Shown here piece by piece: positions 18,045-27,030 of a DNA stretch of 64,000 bases. The notes beneath the pieces are model-generated. The model saw only the letters and a program-made list of their open reading frames with translations. It did not search any database and was not told where the DNA came from. Numbering within the stretch: position 1 is the stretch's first letter; each line of letters starts with the position of its first letter. The position numbers were made by a program, and so were the translations under genes. Source of the stretch: a virus (taxonomy: Duplodnaviria > Heunggongvirae > Uroviricota > Caudoviricetes); IMG/VR virus record IMGVR_UViG_3300017992_000015, positions 21,367 through 85,366 of that record, one strand, 5' to 3'.

Positions 18045-18721
18045 TCCTGTTGGCCAGCTGCGGATACGAGTTTGATTACGCGATACGTGCCATCAGGATA
18101 CTGGAACTCGAAGATCTGGTCCATATCCCTTGTGGCAGGCAACGACGGATTCAGCGTATCCGGAAACTTGTCCGGGGGCAGGCACAGCCACGCATCAAGG
18201 TACGGCCCGCCGTTAGCGGGGGTGGCGTGGACGAGAGCGACAGCAGCGATAGAACCGTCATCAAAACGGGTGTAACACCCGGTGACAATAGCGCCTTCGT
18301 GGTAGGCCGAGTCGAAGTCGGTCATGGTGAGATGGGAGCGCATCTGCTCGTAGTCGAACGGCGTCATTGCTAGCACCGCTGATTTGATGAGATCGGTCGA
18401 CGGCATCTCTGGCACGTCACCGGAGCTCTCAAGTTCGGTGAGGTTGTTCAGCGACGCCAACGACAGGTCGCGGTCGAAGAAAGCCTCGAGGTCAGCCACA
18501 GGGTTCTGCAGCATGTCTTTGACCTCTGCAACCGCCATCTGCGGCGACTGCAGCTCCTCGTCCATGATGTCGATGAACTGTACGAACGCCAACGGCGAGT
18601 TCTTCGCGAAGTCGACGGCGTTGGAGATAATGTCGAACTGCTCTTGAGCCGACAGGGAATGTCTGGACTCGAGCGATGCTAATCGCTCGATAGGATCATA
18701 CTGACCCACGTAAGTCTCCAA
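17984..18721 (-). CDS. Hypothetical acidic protein (245 aa)
   Basis: Long well-formed ORF. Confidence 0.5.
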   Translation of the reverse strand: METYVGQYDPIERLASLESRHSLSAQEQFDIISNAVDFAKNSPLAFVQFIDIMDEELQSPQMAVAEVKDMLQNPVADLEAFFDRDLSLASLNNLTELESSGDVPEMPSTDLIKSAVLAMTPFDYEQMRSHLTMTDFDSAYHEGAIVTGCYTRFDDGSIAAVALVHATPANGGPYLDAWLCLPPDKFPDTLNPSLPATRDMDQIFEFQYPDGTYRVIKLVSAAGQQECPGTTTTDTVRSHEGASGA

Positions 18722-19523
18722 AAATTTCTTTGAATCGTCTGCCTTTCATAGCCTCCAGCAGGTCACGCATGATGCACGGATCGCTGGTAAGCCAGTGTTG
18801 CGGATACCGAAACGCCCGCCCAACCTGGTATGCCAAGTCGTGGGGATCGGGATTTGTGCGTACGACTGCACGCTTGCGAATACCTCTGGGTGGACGCCAA
18901 TAGCGCGGCACAACAGCAAGAACGCTCTGCTGTACGAGCCAGCGGCCACAGGCACCCTCCGGCGAAGGGTGGTCGAATGTATGCGGAGCGATCGTGACCA
19001 TCTGTGCACCACCGTATGCAGCCTGCAGCTGCGTTCTGCGGATCTCGCGTCGGCGGCCGTTATGCTCTGCAAAGACTTCACCCAACCCCGTTACACGGCC
19101 GTGTTCGTTCAGGTAGATCATGTCGACGGCAGCCCGACCGTGTTTTCGTCGCCAACTGATTACGCGGACGTTACCGAGCTTGATGATCAGCTTTTGGGCG
19201 CGCATGTAGATATCGGCAACCTTCCTGGCGTGGCAGAAAGGGCACGGTATCAGTTTGCACGTCTGTGTTATCGGGTCTGATGTGCAGATGCACGGCAGAC
19301 AGTTTTGCGCATAGGCGAGCTTGGGGCTTTGCAAAACAGACCAGCCAGCATTAAAGAGCGCTATGACACGGGCGACCCATGCGCGACGGATATTGGCGAT
19401 CCGCGGCACGAGATAGGTTCGCCAGTCTTCGACTACACCACCATTTGGGATAACGGTGGCATGGTACGCCGCCATGGCCGCAGGGGACCGTGACGGCGTA
19501 CCGAGAATCAGGTCTTTGACCAT
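18696..19523 (-). CDS. Hypothetical Cys-rich protein (275 aa)
   Basis: CLPCICTSDPITQTCKLIPCPFCH cysteine cluster; long ORF. Confidence 0.5.
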   Translation of the reverse strand: MVKDLILGTPSRSPAAMAAYHATVIPNGGVVEDWRTYLVPRIANIRRAWVARVIALFNAGWSVLQSPKLAYAQNCLPCICTSDPITQTCKLIPCPFCHARKVADIYMRAQKLIIKLGNVRVISWRRKHGRAAVDMIYLNEHGRVTGLGEVFAEHNGRRREIRRTQLQAAYGGAQMVTIAPHTFDHPSPEGACGRWLVQQSVLAVVPRYWRPPRGIRKRAVVRTNPDPHDLAYQVGRAFRYPQHWLTSDPCIMRDLLEAMKGRRFKEIFGDLRGSV

Positions 19524-19769
19524 GAGTCACCACCTTGTGAAAAAAGGTAGTAGGAAAGTGAGATGCTGGTAGGCTTACTTGAGCTGCCCCCTCATATAAT
19601 CTCGATGCCATGGACCCCTTAATCACGCACGATTTGCGAGGGACGAGGTCATATAGCCGCCGAGGTTTTACCAGGGCTTACACAGGCGTTTCCGCGCATT
19701 TGGACATGCGTATCACCGCTCTCGCGGTAATTAGGTACTTTCCCACTACCCGCAAGCGGCCGAAGCCGC

Positions 19770-20324
19770 CTACATTTCAGTCAACACTTTAACAGCGCGA
19801 TCAAAGTCCTCCTGGGGGAGGCCAGTGTTCTCAGCTGTAAGTTCTCGTTGCTCTTGATTGCCACGACCGATGGCGCGACGCATCTGCGTCACCTCCTTCT
19901 CAGCCGTCTCAATCAAACTCTCAGCGACCGGTCGTGGCACCATGACCTTCTTCACGATCGTCTCGGACGTCCGCTCGTTGCGACCGTACCAATTGTCCGA
20001 CCCGTCGGCCTTCAGTGCCTTCCTCAGCAGGTTCTTGTCCTCTCCGAGTATACCGATCATCTTGACCGCCGTAGACAGTAGCATGCTTTTGTCCCCGACG
20101 GTGATCGACACCATCCGGTTGTACGCTTGCTGCATCTCCATGATCAAGACGTAATCGTACTGCAGTCCGCGGCGCGTCCCCCGATGGTCGAGTGGATCGC
20201 CGAGATCCTCGTCGTCGTACTGCTTAAGACTCACCTGGTACGTGTCGGTCGCGCGTGCGATGCTGCTCTTGAGCAAGAGCAGGACGTCACGGATCTGCTG
20301 ACCGTCGGTCACGAAACCTGACAT
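19770..20324 (-). CDS. Hypothetical protein (184 aa)
   Basis: Well-formed ORF following 250-bp non-coding gap. Confidence 0.5.
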   Translation of the reverse strand: MSGFVTDGQQIRDVLLLLKSSIARATDTYQVSLKQYDDEDLGDPLDHRGTRRGLQYDYVLIMEMQQAYNRMVSITVGDKSMLLSTAVKMIGILGEDKNLLRKALKADGSDNWYGRNERTSETIVKKVMVPRPVAESLIETAEKEVTQMRRAIGRGNQEQRELTAENTGLPQEDFDRAVKVLTEM

Positions 20325-20337
20325 TGCCGCCTCCTTT

Positions 20338-20742
20338 CTAGTCGACTGCGAATCCTCCGCAATGGAGGAGAAATTGTACCCAACTTTTCAGATGGGCATC
20401 ACTTGTACGGTGTGCGGTTTCAACCGGATCGCCGCGGGCGAGCTCTTCATCGCCTACGAAGCGTCCGGTACCCTCTGCACAATAGCACCCCAGATCGACA
20501 GCGTGCCCATTGTGGTTCTTCTCCAACCACTGGGAGAACCTGATGGCCATTTGCGTGCAGGTTTCCTGGTCGTCAGGGCCTGCGCCGTCGTTATAGCTCA
20601 TCTGCTCCAGCAACCCCTCAGAGAGCAGGTCGCCGCAAAGCTTGCACATCAGCTGGTGGATTGGTCGCCAGCTCCACACGTTCGCACGGAAGTACTCACC
20701 GACGGGGGCGTCGGGGTTCTTTCCAGAAACGTCCATTCCCAT
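20338..20742 (-). CDS. Hypothetical protein (134 aa)
   Basis: ORF in tight operon spacing. Confidence 0.45.
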   Translation of the reverse strand: MGMDVSGKNPDAPVGEYFRANVWSWRPIHQLMCKLCGDLLSEGLLEQMSYNDGAGPDDQETCTQMAIRFSQWLEKNHNGHAVDLGCYCAEGTGRFVGDEELARGDPVETAHRTSDAHLKSWVQFLLHCGGFAVD

Positions 20743-20973
20743 CTACATCCTCTTCTTCCAGAGTCTGCGCACGAAGTCCGGGATGAGACGCCGAAGCACG
20801 TTGCGCATTTTTGATCCGCTGATTGGAAAGTCCAAGCACTCGCGACAGACGTCCCATGTGCGGATGTGTTTGCCACGCCCGTTAAAACTACGGGGCGGCA
20901 GCAGGTTTATCGTAAAGCACTCACCTTTTTCGATGTCGGCTCCACACAGGTCACAGATTGTTTTTTTACCCAT
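20743..20973 (-). CDS. Small zinc-ribbon protein (76 aa)
   Basis: CDLCGADIEKGEC...CRECLDF; abuts neighbours with 0-nt gaps. Confidence 0.45.
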   Translation of the reverse strand: MGKKTICDLCGADIEKGECFTINLLPPRSFNGRGKHIRTWDVCRECLDFPISGSKMRNVLRRLIPDFVRRLWKKRM

Positions 20974-21207
20974 CTATACCTCCACGACCACGTGGATGAA
21001 CCCCTCGCGGTCATTGCATGAAACGCGCTCCGGATACGGCCCGTCGCGCTGGATGTGCCACCCATCGAAAGCACCGGCCGGGTGCTCTTGTTCAGCGAAC
21101 TCTTCGATCTCCTCGTCAGTCCACGTGGCAGGCACGCAGACCTGAAGAGCGAACACGGAACACCGAATGATCTCCGGGTCGAAGCCGGGTTTCGCTCGCG
21201 CGATCAT
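20974..21207 (-). CDS. Hypothetical protein (77 aa; start at Met41 of track ORF)
   Basis: AAAGGAGAGGAG SD directly upstream of ATG at 21207. Confidence 0.4.
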   Translation of the reverse strand: MIARAKPGFDPEIIRCSVFALQVCVPATWTDEEIEEFAEQEHPAGAFDGWHIQRDGPYPERVSCNDREGFIHVVVEV

Positions 21208-21626
21208 AACTCCTCTCCTTTTGTAAAAATGTGCGTGGGGTGTGCTGTCACGCCAAAGGCTCCACGGGCTACGAATACAGCATTGGAAGAGCATTGTTTT
21301 CCCGACACTTCGATTGTCGTCTCTCAACCTTAACTACGGACTCCGCTGGTACTACCGTAGCAAACTGCATCCCTCTGACTTCACGAACTCTGATTCGCTA
21401 CGGCGACCGAAGCCTTTCGGTAGTACGTGGCCGGTCGTAGCGTCGCATCCGCTGTCGCTTCCCGGTGGTGACACCATGCCCAGTCGAAGCCGCCGATCCG
21501 TTGCCAACGGTCATGCTGCACGGTTATCTTGTGGTGGCCGGGCGGCTAACCCGGTCCAGAGCACTTCCACTCGCCACTCCTTAGCTGATGGCTGCTTCTA
21601 AGCCCACAGCCCCACACGCACATGTA

Positions 21627-21905
21627 TCAACTGATTTTCGTGAGACCGGCGCGGATGCCGACCAGCAGCGTAAACGCCTGCCCGTCGCTGAAGCCAGCGT
21701 CCAAAAACGATTGATACTGCATCCGACACAGCTTCGCGATGTGGTCGGCCGTCACTTTCGCACGCGGGGCGTCGGCGATAGCGCCAAGCACGTGTTCGAC
21801 CAGCTGTACGCCGCGGGCGAGCACTTCGTCGATCTCGTCAACGGTCTCCGGGTCGTCCAGCAGGGCGCCCATAGCGTTGAGCATCTCGAGTTTTTCCTTG
21901 TTCAC
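21627..21905 (-). CDS. Hypothetical protein (92 aa; GTG start)
   Basis: AGGAGAGG SD 4 nt upstream of GTG at 21905. Confidence 0.4.
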   Translation of the reverse strand: MNKEKLEMLNAMGALLDDPETVDEIDEVLARGVQLVEHVLGAIADAPRAKVTADHIAKLCRMQYQSFLDAGFSDGQAFTLLVGIRAGLTKIS

Positions 21906-22231
21906 TTGTCCTCTCCTATGTGTGAGAAATGACGCCGCCCCACGACGATGTGGGGCGGCGCTGTACATGAACGCATCTTCCCACGCGCCTCTGAGGGCAT
22001 CAAGAAGGCGCGCATTTTGATGCTTTGTGACCTGGGGTTTGGCGGTACCACTGGTTAAATTGGGGGGAATTCAACTAGCGTTCGTCACAAACCGACCGAA
22101 CCCCAGGTCGAGGCCGCGGCCGCCCAATGAAGGACGAACCGCGGAGCCTGATCACCTTCCCTCGGGTTAGGAGGGGGTAACCGGCACGCTCTCTGTGGCA
22201 AGTGTAGGACAGAGAGTGGCAAACGCCCGGG

Positions 22232-22765
22232 TTAGCTGATCAGATCGGACACCGTGGTTTTCGATGCCCATTCCGTCGCTTTGTCCATCTGCGTCGTCAT
22301 CTCGGCCATGAACTGACCGAAGAGTCGCGGCATGGCGGTGGGTTTCGCAGTCTTCATCTGTTCGAAGAGGGTCTGCGACTTTTCCAGCGACATGCCATTG
22401 AGGTCCACGCTCTTCTGCGGGGTCGTGGTCTCGGGCGTCTGTGCCTCTGCCCGTGCCGGCGTCTTCTTGGACTTGCCCACCGGCTTCGATTTCTTCCCGT
22501 TCTTGACGTCCGAGTCGAAGTTGTAGATGTTCTGCGCGGTGACCCCGCTGTGGGGGTAATCTCGCAGGATCTTCTCGTTCAACAGAACGGTGGCCGGCAT
22601 GCCTTTGATTCGGCGCTTCCGGCCATTGCTCATCTTGATGACACGGTCAGTCTTGGGGAACTTCTTCCGATACCGCCGGATCAAGAGGGTCCGGTCGTTC
22701 GGGCCAAGCTCCTCGGTCTTGCTGATCATCGGAGCACGCTTCTTCTTTCGCTTTCCTTTGGCCAT
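22232..22765 (-). CDS. Lys-rich basic protein (177 aa), putative DNA-binding/histone-like
   Basis: AAGGAGG SD 4-5 nt upstream of ATG at 22765; KRKKKRAP...KKSKPVGKSKKTPAR tracts. Confidence 0.5.
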   Translation of the reverse strand: MAKGKRKKKRAPMISKTEELGPNDRTLLIRRYRKKFPKTDRVIKMSNGRKRRIKGMPATVLLNEKILRDYPHSGVTAQNIYNFDSDVKNGKKSKPVGKSKKTPARAEAQTPETTTPQKSVDLNGMSLEKSQTLFEQMKTAKPTAMPRLFGQFMAEMTTQMDKATEWASKTTVSDLIS

Positions 22766-22844
22766 ATGAGGCCTCCTTCTGGGAAAGAACAACACTTATG
22801 GGGGCGGCCACATACCGCCCCCTGGGAACGCTTCTTATTCACGT

Positions 22845-22860
22845 GAATAAAATTGGACGG
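22845..22860. repeat. Conserved inverted-repeat element, copy 2 (perfect 16-bp palindrome TTATTCACGTGAATAA) about 80 nt upstream of gene 22232..22765
   Basis: Flanks conserved with copy at 50423 (ATTTTATTCACGTsAATAAGA on minus strand); followed by GC hairpin GGGGCGG-N7-CCGCCCC at 22801..22822 in the 5' leader. Confidence 0.55.
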
Positions 22861-22898
22861 GTCCCTCAGCAGAGGGAGCACATCCATACCCCGCCTTA

Positions 22899-22952
22899 TA
22901 ATAAACGACTAAAGTGCCTTTGGCCCTCTGGACCAACTTTAGTCGTTTATTA
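22899..22952 (-). terminator. Long perfect inverted repeat (17-bp arms TAATAAACGACTAAAGT, 20-nt loop) plus two CCTTCC/GGAAGG hairpins downstream of gene 23019..23357; putative transcription terminator/insulator
   Basis: Arms at 22899..22915 and 22936..22952 are exact reverse complements; additional hairpins 22956..22975 and 22994..23010. Confidence 0.4.
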
Positions 22953-23018
22953 CATTACCTTCCTTACGGAAGGCAATGCAATGGAGTCAGTACCTTCCTT
23001 CGGAAGGAACTAACTCCT

Positions 23019-23357
23019 TCATCCGGAAGAAAATTTCGTTTCGGTCGACGAGGTGTCACGTGGTCCATCCAAACAGAGTTCCTCAATGTCAGGTGTCGGT
23101 TCCCAGTCATCTGGGTCGAACCGAGTTATGAGTTCCTCCATTCGGACCTCCAACTGCAACAGTTCGCTTCCCGTCTGTCGACGGTCCGCAGGAGACAGCT
23201 TACGATACTCCTCATTCAGCTGCAGCTGTTCTTTACGAGCCAAGCGGTCTTCACGCATGCAGAGCATACGTTGTTTTGTCACTGCATCGATGCAGTCGGC
23301 GATACACGCTTCGATGATCGCCCGTTCCTCCTCGCTGATCGTCATCATGCGGTCCAT
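23019..23357 (-). CDS. Hypothetical acidic coiled-coil protein (112 aa)
   Basis: Well-formed ORF. Confidence 0.45.
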   Translation of the reverse strand: MDRMMTISEEERAIIEACIADCIDAVTKQRMLCMREDRLARKEQLQLNEEYRKLSPADRRQTGSELLQLEVRMEELITRFDPDDWEPTPDIEELCLDGPRDTSSTETKFSSG

Positions 23358-23453
23358 GGCGGCTCCTTGTATAAGACCAGCCTACCGAGTGGGCTTTTGG
23401 CACAGGCCACACTCGGTGGCTGGCTGACGCAACTTCGACCCCGCGAAGTGCTG

Positions 23454-23963
23454 TCACTTCGGTTGGAAGTCGCGCAGTGCCCGGCGTGCGGTTCCAGGCA
23501 TATCTTTGGGGTAAAGCTCCACTCGATCGAGATCGAGTCGGTTGGTTACGAACATGAACTCAAGTAGGCAGATGCGGAACATGCGTTCCTTGTCCGCCCC
23601 ATCGGGCAGCTGCTCGTACGCCTCGACCATCTTGAACAGGTTCAGGCGATAGCGATGCTGCTCGCTGGGTATGAAGTTCAGAAAGGCCTGTCGATCGGCC
23701 GCGCGCTTTCGCATCGCCTCGGCCCACGTCAGGTATCGCTTCTCCTGGCCGTCATAGTGGCCAGGCGAAATTTTGTATTCCTCGGGCAGCAGTACGTCCG
23801 AGAACCACACTTCAGGCTCAAGCATGATAGCGCTCGCTTTGCTGGTCGGCTCAGCGCCGTCCGATTGCGTGCACATGACTGCTCCAAGGACCAGTATCAC
23901 GCCGGCAAGCATGAGTGCGAAGATCAGCACGGTGAGCAAGTCACGTCGTGTCTGCGGTTTCAT
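23454..23963 (-). CDS. Membrane-anchored hypothetical protein (169 aa)
   Basis: N-terminal TM helix LLTVLIFALMLAGVILVLGAV. Confidence 0.5.
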   Translation of the reverse strand: MKPQTRRDLLTVLIFALMLAGVILVLGAVMCTQSDGAEPTSKASAIMLEPEVWFSDVLLPEEYKISPGHYDGQEKRYLTWAEAMRKRAADRQAFLNFIPSEQHRYRLNLFKMVEAYEQLPDGADKERMFRICLLEFMFVTNRLDLDRVELYPKDMPGTARRALRDFQPK

Positions 23964-24336
23964 CCTCTAACTCCTCCTCGTCTTCCATCGGGTCGAAGGG
24001 TTCGTCGCCGTCGATCAAATCACCGGTATACGTCGATTCGTCATGATCAGGCACGTCGCCAAACACAGCCGCAGGCAGCCCCCACGAAAACTGCGGGTAT
24101 GCGAAGGTGCTCTTCGACTGCGCTGCCTGCTGCATCGTCATGATGCCGTGGATGGTGTACCACACGAAGTACGGCTTCCCGGTAGTGTGGTTGGTCTCCC
24201 ATCGTGCGAGCTTCAGCTTCACGGCAAGCCGTTGGAGCTTCTCATTCTCGCTAATCTGGCCGAAGGCGAAGCCGCCCATCCAGCCCATAGAAATGCCGAC
24301 GACGAAGCCGATGAGGATGTACCCAAAAATTGCCAT
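23941..24336 (-). CDS. Small membrane protein with acidic C-terminus (131 aa)
   Basis: N-terminal TM helix AIFGYILIGFVVGISMGWMGGFAF; DE-rich tail. Confidence 0.5.
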   Translation of the reverse strand: MAIFGYILIGFVVGISMGWMGGFAFGQISENEKLQRLAVKLKLARWETNHTTGKPYFVWYTIHGIMTMQQAAQSKSTFAYPQFSWGLPAAVFGDVPDHDESTYTGDLIDGDEPFDPMEDEEELEDETADTT

Positions 24337-24765
24337 TCAGTTTGCCCTCACTTCAGGTAGTAGTAATCGGTTTGCCCACTGATCATCCAGGATACGCATC
24401 CAGGGAGCGAGCAGTATGTTAGAAGGACTGTGCTTCTTCTTCCGAAGCTTCCCTTTTACATCAACCTCGCAGATCACAAGGTCATCGATGTTTCGGAACC
24501 GGTTCGAGAAGCGCAGTATGTCCTCGTAGGTGGGCATGACGTGGAATCCCGACGTGTAGTGCGTCGCTTTCCGTTTGTCACCGTCCCACGCAATCTTCTC
24601 TTCCGCCCTGTACCAAAGGTCGAGGTGCAGAAGCCGGCTTCCCCGTACGCCGTGGAACAGCGTTGCAGGGAGTCCGTCGCGGTCGCGCAGCATTCGCCAG
24701 GCCCTAGTCGCCGACATCTCCAGGGAACCCCGGGAAGAATATCTCGATTTCGACTTTGGCCGCAC
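24337..24765 (-). CDS. Hypothetical protein (142 aa)
   Basis: 0-nt junction with upstream gene. Confidence 0.45.
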   Translation of the reverse strand: MRPKSKSRYSSRGSLEMSATRAWRMLRDRDGLPATLFHGVRGSRLLHLDLWYRAEEKIAWDGDKRKATHYTSGFHVMPTYEDILRFSNRFRNIDDLVICEVDVKGKLRKKKHSPSNILLAPWMRILDDQWANRLLLPEVRAN

Positions 24766-25129
24766 TTGGCGAGTCGCTGGCGTGTATCAGGTTCTTTTCG
24801 CGGACAGCGCCGAAGTCACCACGGATGGTGCCTGCAGCGGGTGCCGTGAAGCTGCCAACAGCAGACCGTACGATCGTGATCGTGTCGTCGGGCGCGTGCG
24901 GCGCGTGCGCCACACGGGCCTCGATCGGGCCGCTGGTCATAAATTCTTGGATGCGAGGCAGGTAGGGCTCGCCCTTGAATTTTGCGTACAACTCCTCGCA
25001 GTGGCGGGGGAGCATGATCAACTCTTTCACCCGCAGGAAGCGGATGCCCCGATCCTCGAGCCTGGTGAGGACGCGCCCCACCAGGCCCCGTTTGAGCGTA
25101 TCGGGTTTAAGCAGTACCAGCGTCTCCAT
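24704..25129 (-). CDS. ndk: Nucleoside diphosphate kinase
   Basis: EFMTSGPI identical to E. coli Ndk; active-site NLIHASDS (NIIHGSDS consensus); LLKPD...RGLVG N-terminal motif. Confidence 0.8.
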   Translation of the reverse strand: METLVLLKPDTLKRGLVGRVLTRLEDRGIRFLRVKELIMLPRHCEELYAKFKGEPYLPRIQEFMTSGPIEARVAHAPHAPDDTITIVRSAVGSFTAPAAGTIRGDFGAVREKNLIHASDSPSAAKVEIEIFFPGFPGDVGD

Positions 25130-25877
25130 CGATTTGCTCTTTCAAGACGTGATTGTGGATGATATTTTCGGCTTTGATGATCAACTGCCGAACACGTTCG
25201 CGGGTGATTCCGTAAACTTTACCGATCTCCCAAAGCTTGTCGCCGAGATAGCGACGCCGCAGTATGTCGACTTCACGCTCCGTCAACTTCTCGAACGCCT
25301 CGTAGACCATATCGGCTTGGTCCTCGCTCTCGACGTCGGCAACGAAGTCGCGCAGCGTCTCGTCTTCAATCATCTCGTACACGAATATCCCGGGATTTCG
25401 CCTATTGCCCGTGCCCACGCGTTTATGCAACGACACGTAGTCTGCAAACAGCTCCGGACAGTCTTTAGTCCAGTCCGGCCGCTTGACACCCTTTTCGTCC
25501 CAGCGGGGCGGGTAGTATACGAGGCGCCTATGGCACTTTTTGTACCATGAGATTGCGGCATGGATCGAGAACCAAGCAGCGGTTACGAATCGGTTGCCCG
25601 TTTCTGGTCGCCAGCGCTCGACTGCCTTCATGAGGCCGATCACGGCCTCCTGGAAGAGATCGTCGACGGAGAAGTGGGGATCGTTGTACGCTGCGCGCCA
25701 GGCCTGTTGAAAGGCCAGCCTGTAGCAACCAGCAATCCCGCGGTTCCGCGCGTCGTCGTCCCCTGCCTTACCCCTCTTAATGAGGGCCTCCATCTCCTCG
25801 ACTTCCATCAGTTTGCCGTGTCGCTGCAGTAAGGCTGTCGCCCAGTCCTGCTGCGCATGCGCACATTTTGTTTCCAT
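25107..25877 (-). CDS. Sigma-70 family RNA polymerase sigma factor (regions 2 and 4; start uncertain, Met25 used)
   Basis: Region 2 DLFQEAVIGLMKAVERW...FVTAAWFSIHAAI; region 4 HTH ITRERVRQLIIKAENII. Confidence 0.7.
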   Translation of the reverse strand: METKCAHAQQDWATALLQRHGKLMEVEEMEALIKRGKAGDDDARNRGIAGCYRLAFQQAWRAAYNDPHFSVDDLFQEAVIGLMKAVERWRPETGNRFVTAAWFSIHAAISWYKKCHRRLVYYPPRWDEKGVKRPDWTKDCPELFADYVSLHKRVGTGNRRNPGIFVYEMIEDETLRDFVADVESEDQADMVYEAFEKLTEREVDILRRRYLGDKLWEIGKVYGITRERVRQLIIKAENIIHNHVLKEQIDGDAGTA

Positions 25878-25927
25878 TAACAAAATTGGTCCTCCCCGGA
25901 TCCCGAAAGAACGGTATATTTGACGCC

Positions 25928-26800
25928 ATGAAACTATCACGACGGGCATTCATAGCGGCGTCAGCCGGCAGCGTACTGGCGGGACCAATGTACGCTGCCG
26001 GCGACGATCGCTCCAATGAGGCTGCCCGTGAACCGCTGTGGACCTACGCGCCGGTTGTCAGAGCGGTAGACGACACACGGTTGGGGCAGGTATTGGCGGA
26101 CATTGATTCGCGGCTGCCCGCAACGGGCCTGACAAGCTCCGCGACTTACCGTGACTCAGATCTGGGCACGTGGGCGCATGAAGCGACCCATGGTGTGAAC
26201 TCGCTCATGAGGAACGAGCATGGTGCCGGCACGGGTGTGGAAAACGCACTCTATTGTTTGAACGGCAGGACCGCGCTCATCGAAGAGCCGCGGCCCTGCA
26301 CTATCAGGGATGCTGCCCGGTATGTCCCAACCGGACTCAGATCGCGAATGTACGCGCAGTACATGATCGGCAGAACTCGCCAATGGAATCAGATCCCCCT
26401 CTACATCCTAGACGAGTGGGTCGCTTACCTGAACGGCGCGACGCATAACGTGTGGATGGCGAAGAATGGTGGTTCCATCGGCGACGGTGCTGGCGACCTG
26501 CTTTTCACAGCAGAGTCAGCAATCAACGCACTGGCGATTGTCTGTCATGTACAACAAGAGATTCAGGCGGGCCGCGTGTCCTACAACGACACCCAGCTGC
26601 GCCATGCCTTCGCGTTCAATTGGTCCAGGATGATGACACTATTTGCCGAGGCAAAACCCGTCAGTCAGCTCTTTATGGACCCGATAGCGTACTATCGGAA
26701 GTTCTCAGAGGGCCGTGACGGTGACGCACTGCGACGGTGGTGTCGCACACACCTGGGAGCAGCCTGGTCTTCAGAAGTTATGTGGCTTGTGGCCACATGA
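25928..26800 (+). CDS. Putative Tat-secreted protein (start at Met21 MKLSRRAFIAAS)
   Basis: Twin-arginine motif SRRAFIA + hydrophobic stretch + AAG cleavage-like site; 290-aa plus-strand ORF divergent from sigma factor gene. Confidence 0.45.
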   Translation: MKLSRRAFIAASAGSVLAGPMYAAGDDRSNEAAREPLWTYAPVVRAVDDTRLGQVLADIDSRLPATGLTSSATYRDSDLGTWAHEATHGVNSLMRNEHGAGTGVENALYCLNGRTALIEEPRPCTIRDAARYVPTGLRSRMYAQYMIGRTRQWNQIPLYILDEWVAYLNGATHNVWMAKNGGSIGDGAGDLLFTAESAINALAIVCHVQQEIQAGRVSYNDTQLRHAFAFNWSRMMTLFAEAKPVSQLFMDPIAYYRKFSEGRDGDALRRWCRTHLGAAWSSEVMWLVAT

Positions 26801-27005
26801 CGCTGGAACCACTAGGCACCAGTCGTTTGATTAATGCCGCCTTTTCGTCCCCGTATTCAGCACGCACGGCTTTGACCAAACTCCCGTGGCACGCCTCGAG
26901 CATCTCGTCGCAGAAGCGCTGGATGTCGAAGCCGCGTACATTGTTGATCCAGAAGTCGTGTAAGGGACGTTTGAATGCCGCCTTGAAGTTTTTGGCCTCC
27001 TTCAT
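26778..27005 (-). CDS. Small hypothetical protein (75 aa; track ORF 26778..27224 trimmed, upstream part is Lys/Pro-rich frame shadow)
   Basis: N-terminal 70 aa of track ORF is an alternate frame of the Lys-rich tail of gene 27031..28176. Confidence 0.3.
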   Translation of the reverse strand: MKEAKNFKAAFKRPLHDFWINNVRGFDIQRFCDEMLEACHGSLVKAVRAEYGDEKAALIKRLVPSGSSVMWPQAT

Positions 27006-27030
27006 GAACAGCGTGCCGAGTCGAATGATC

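Noticed and set aside
21208-21626. CsrB/RsmZ-like sponge sRNA for the phage CsrA
   Set aside because: GGA motif count on the transcribed strand (~8–9 per 300 nt) is close to random expectation for this GC content, and no regular GGA-loop hairpin series is present
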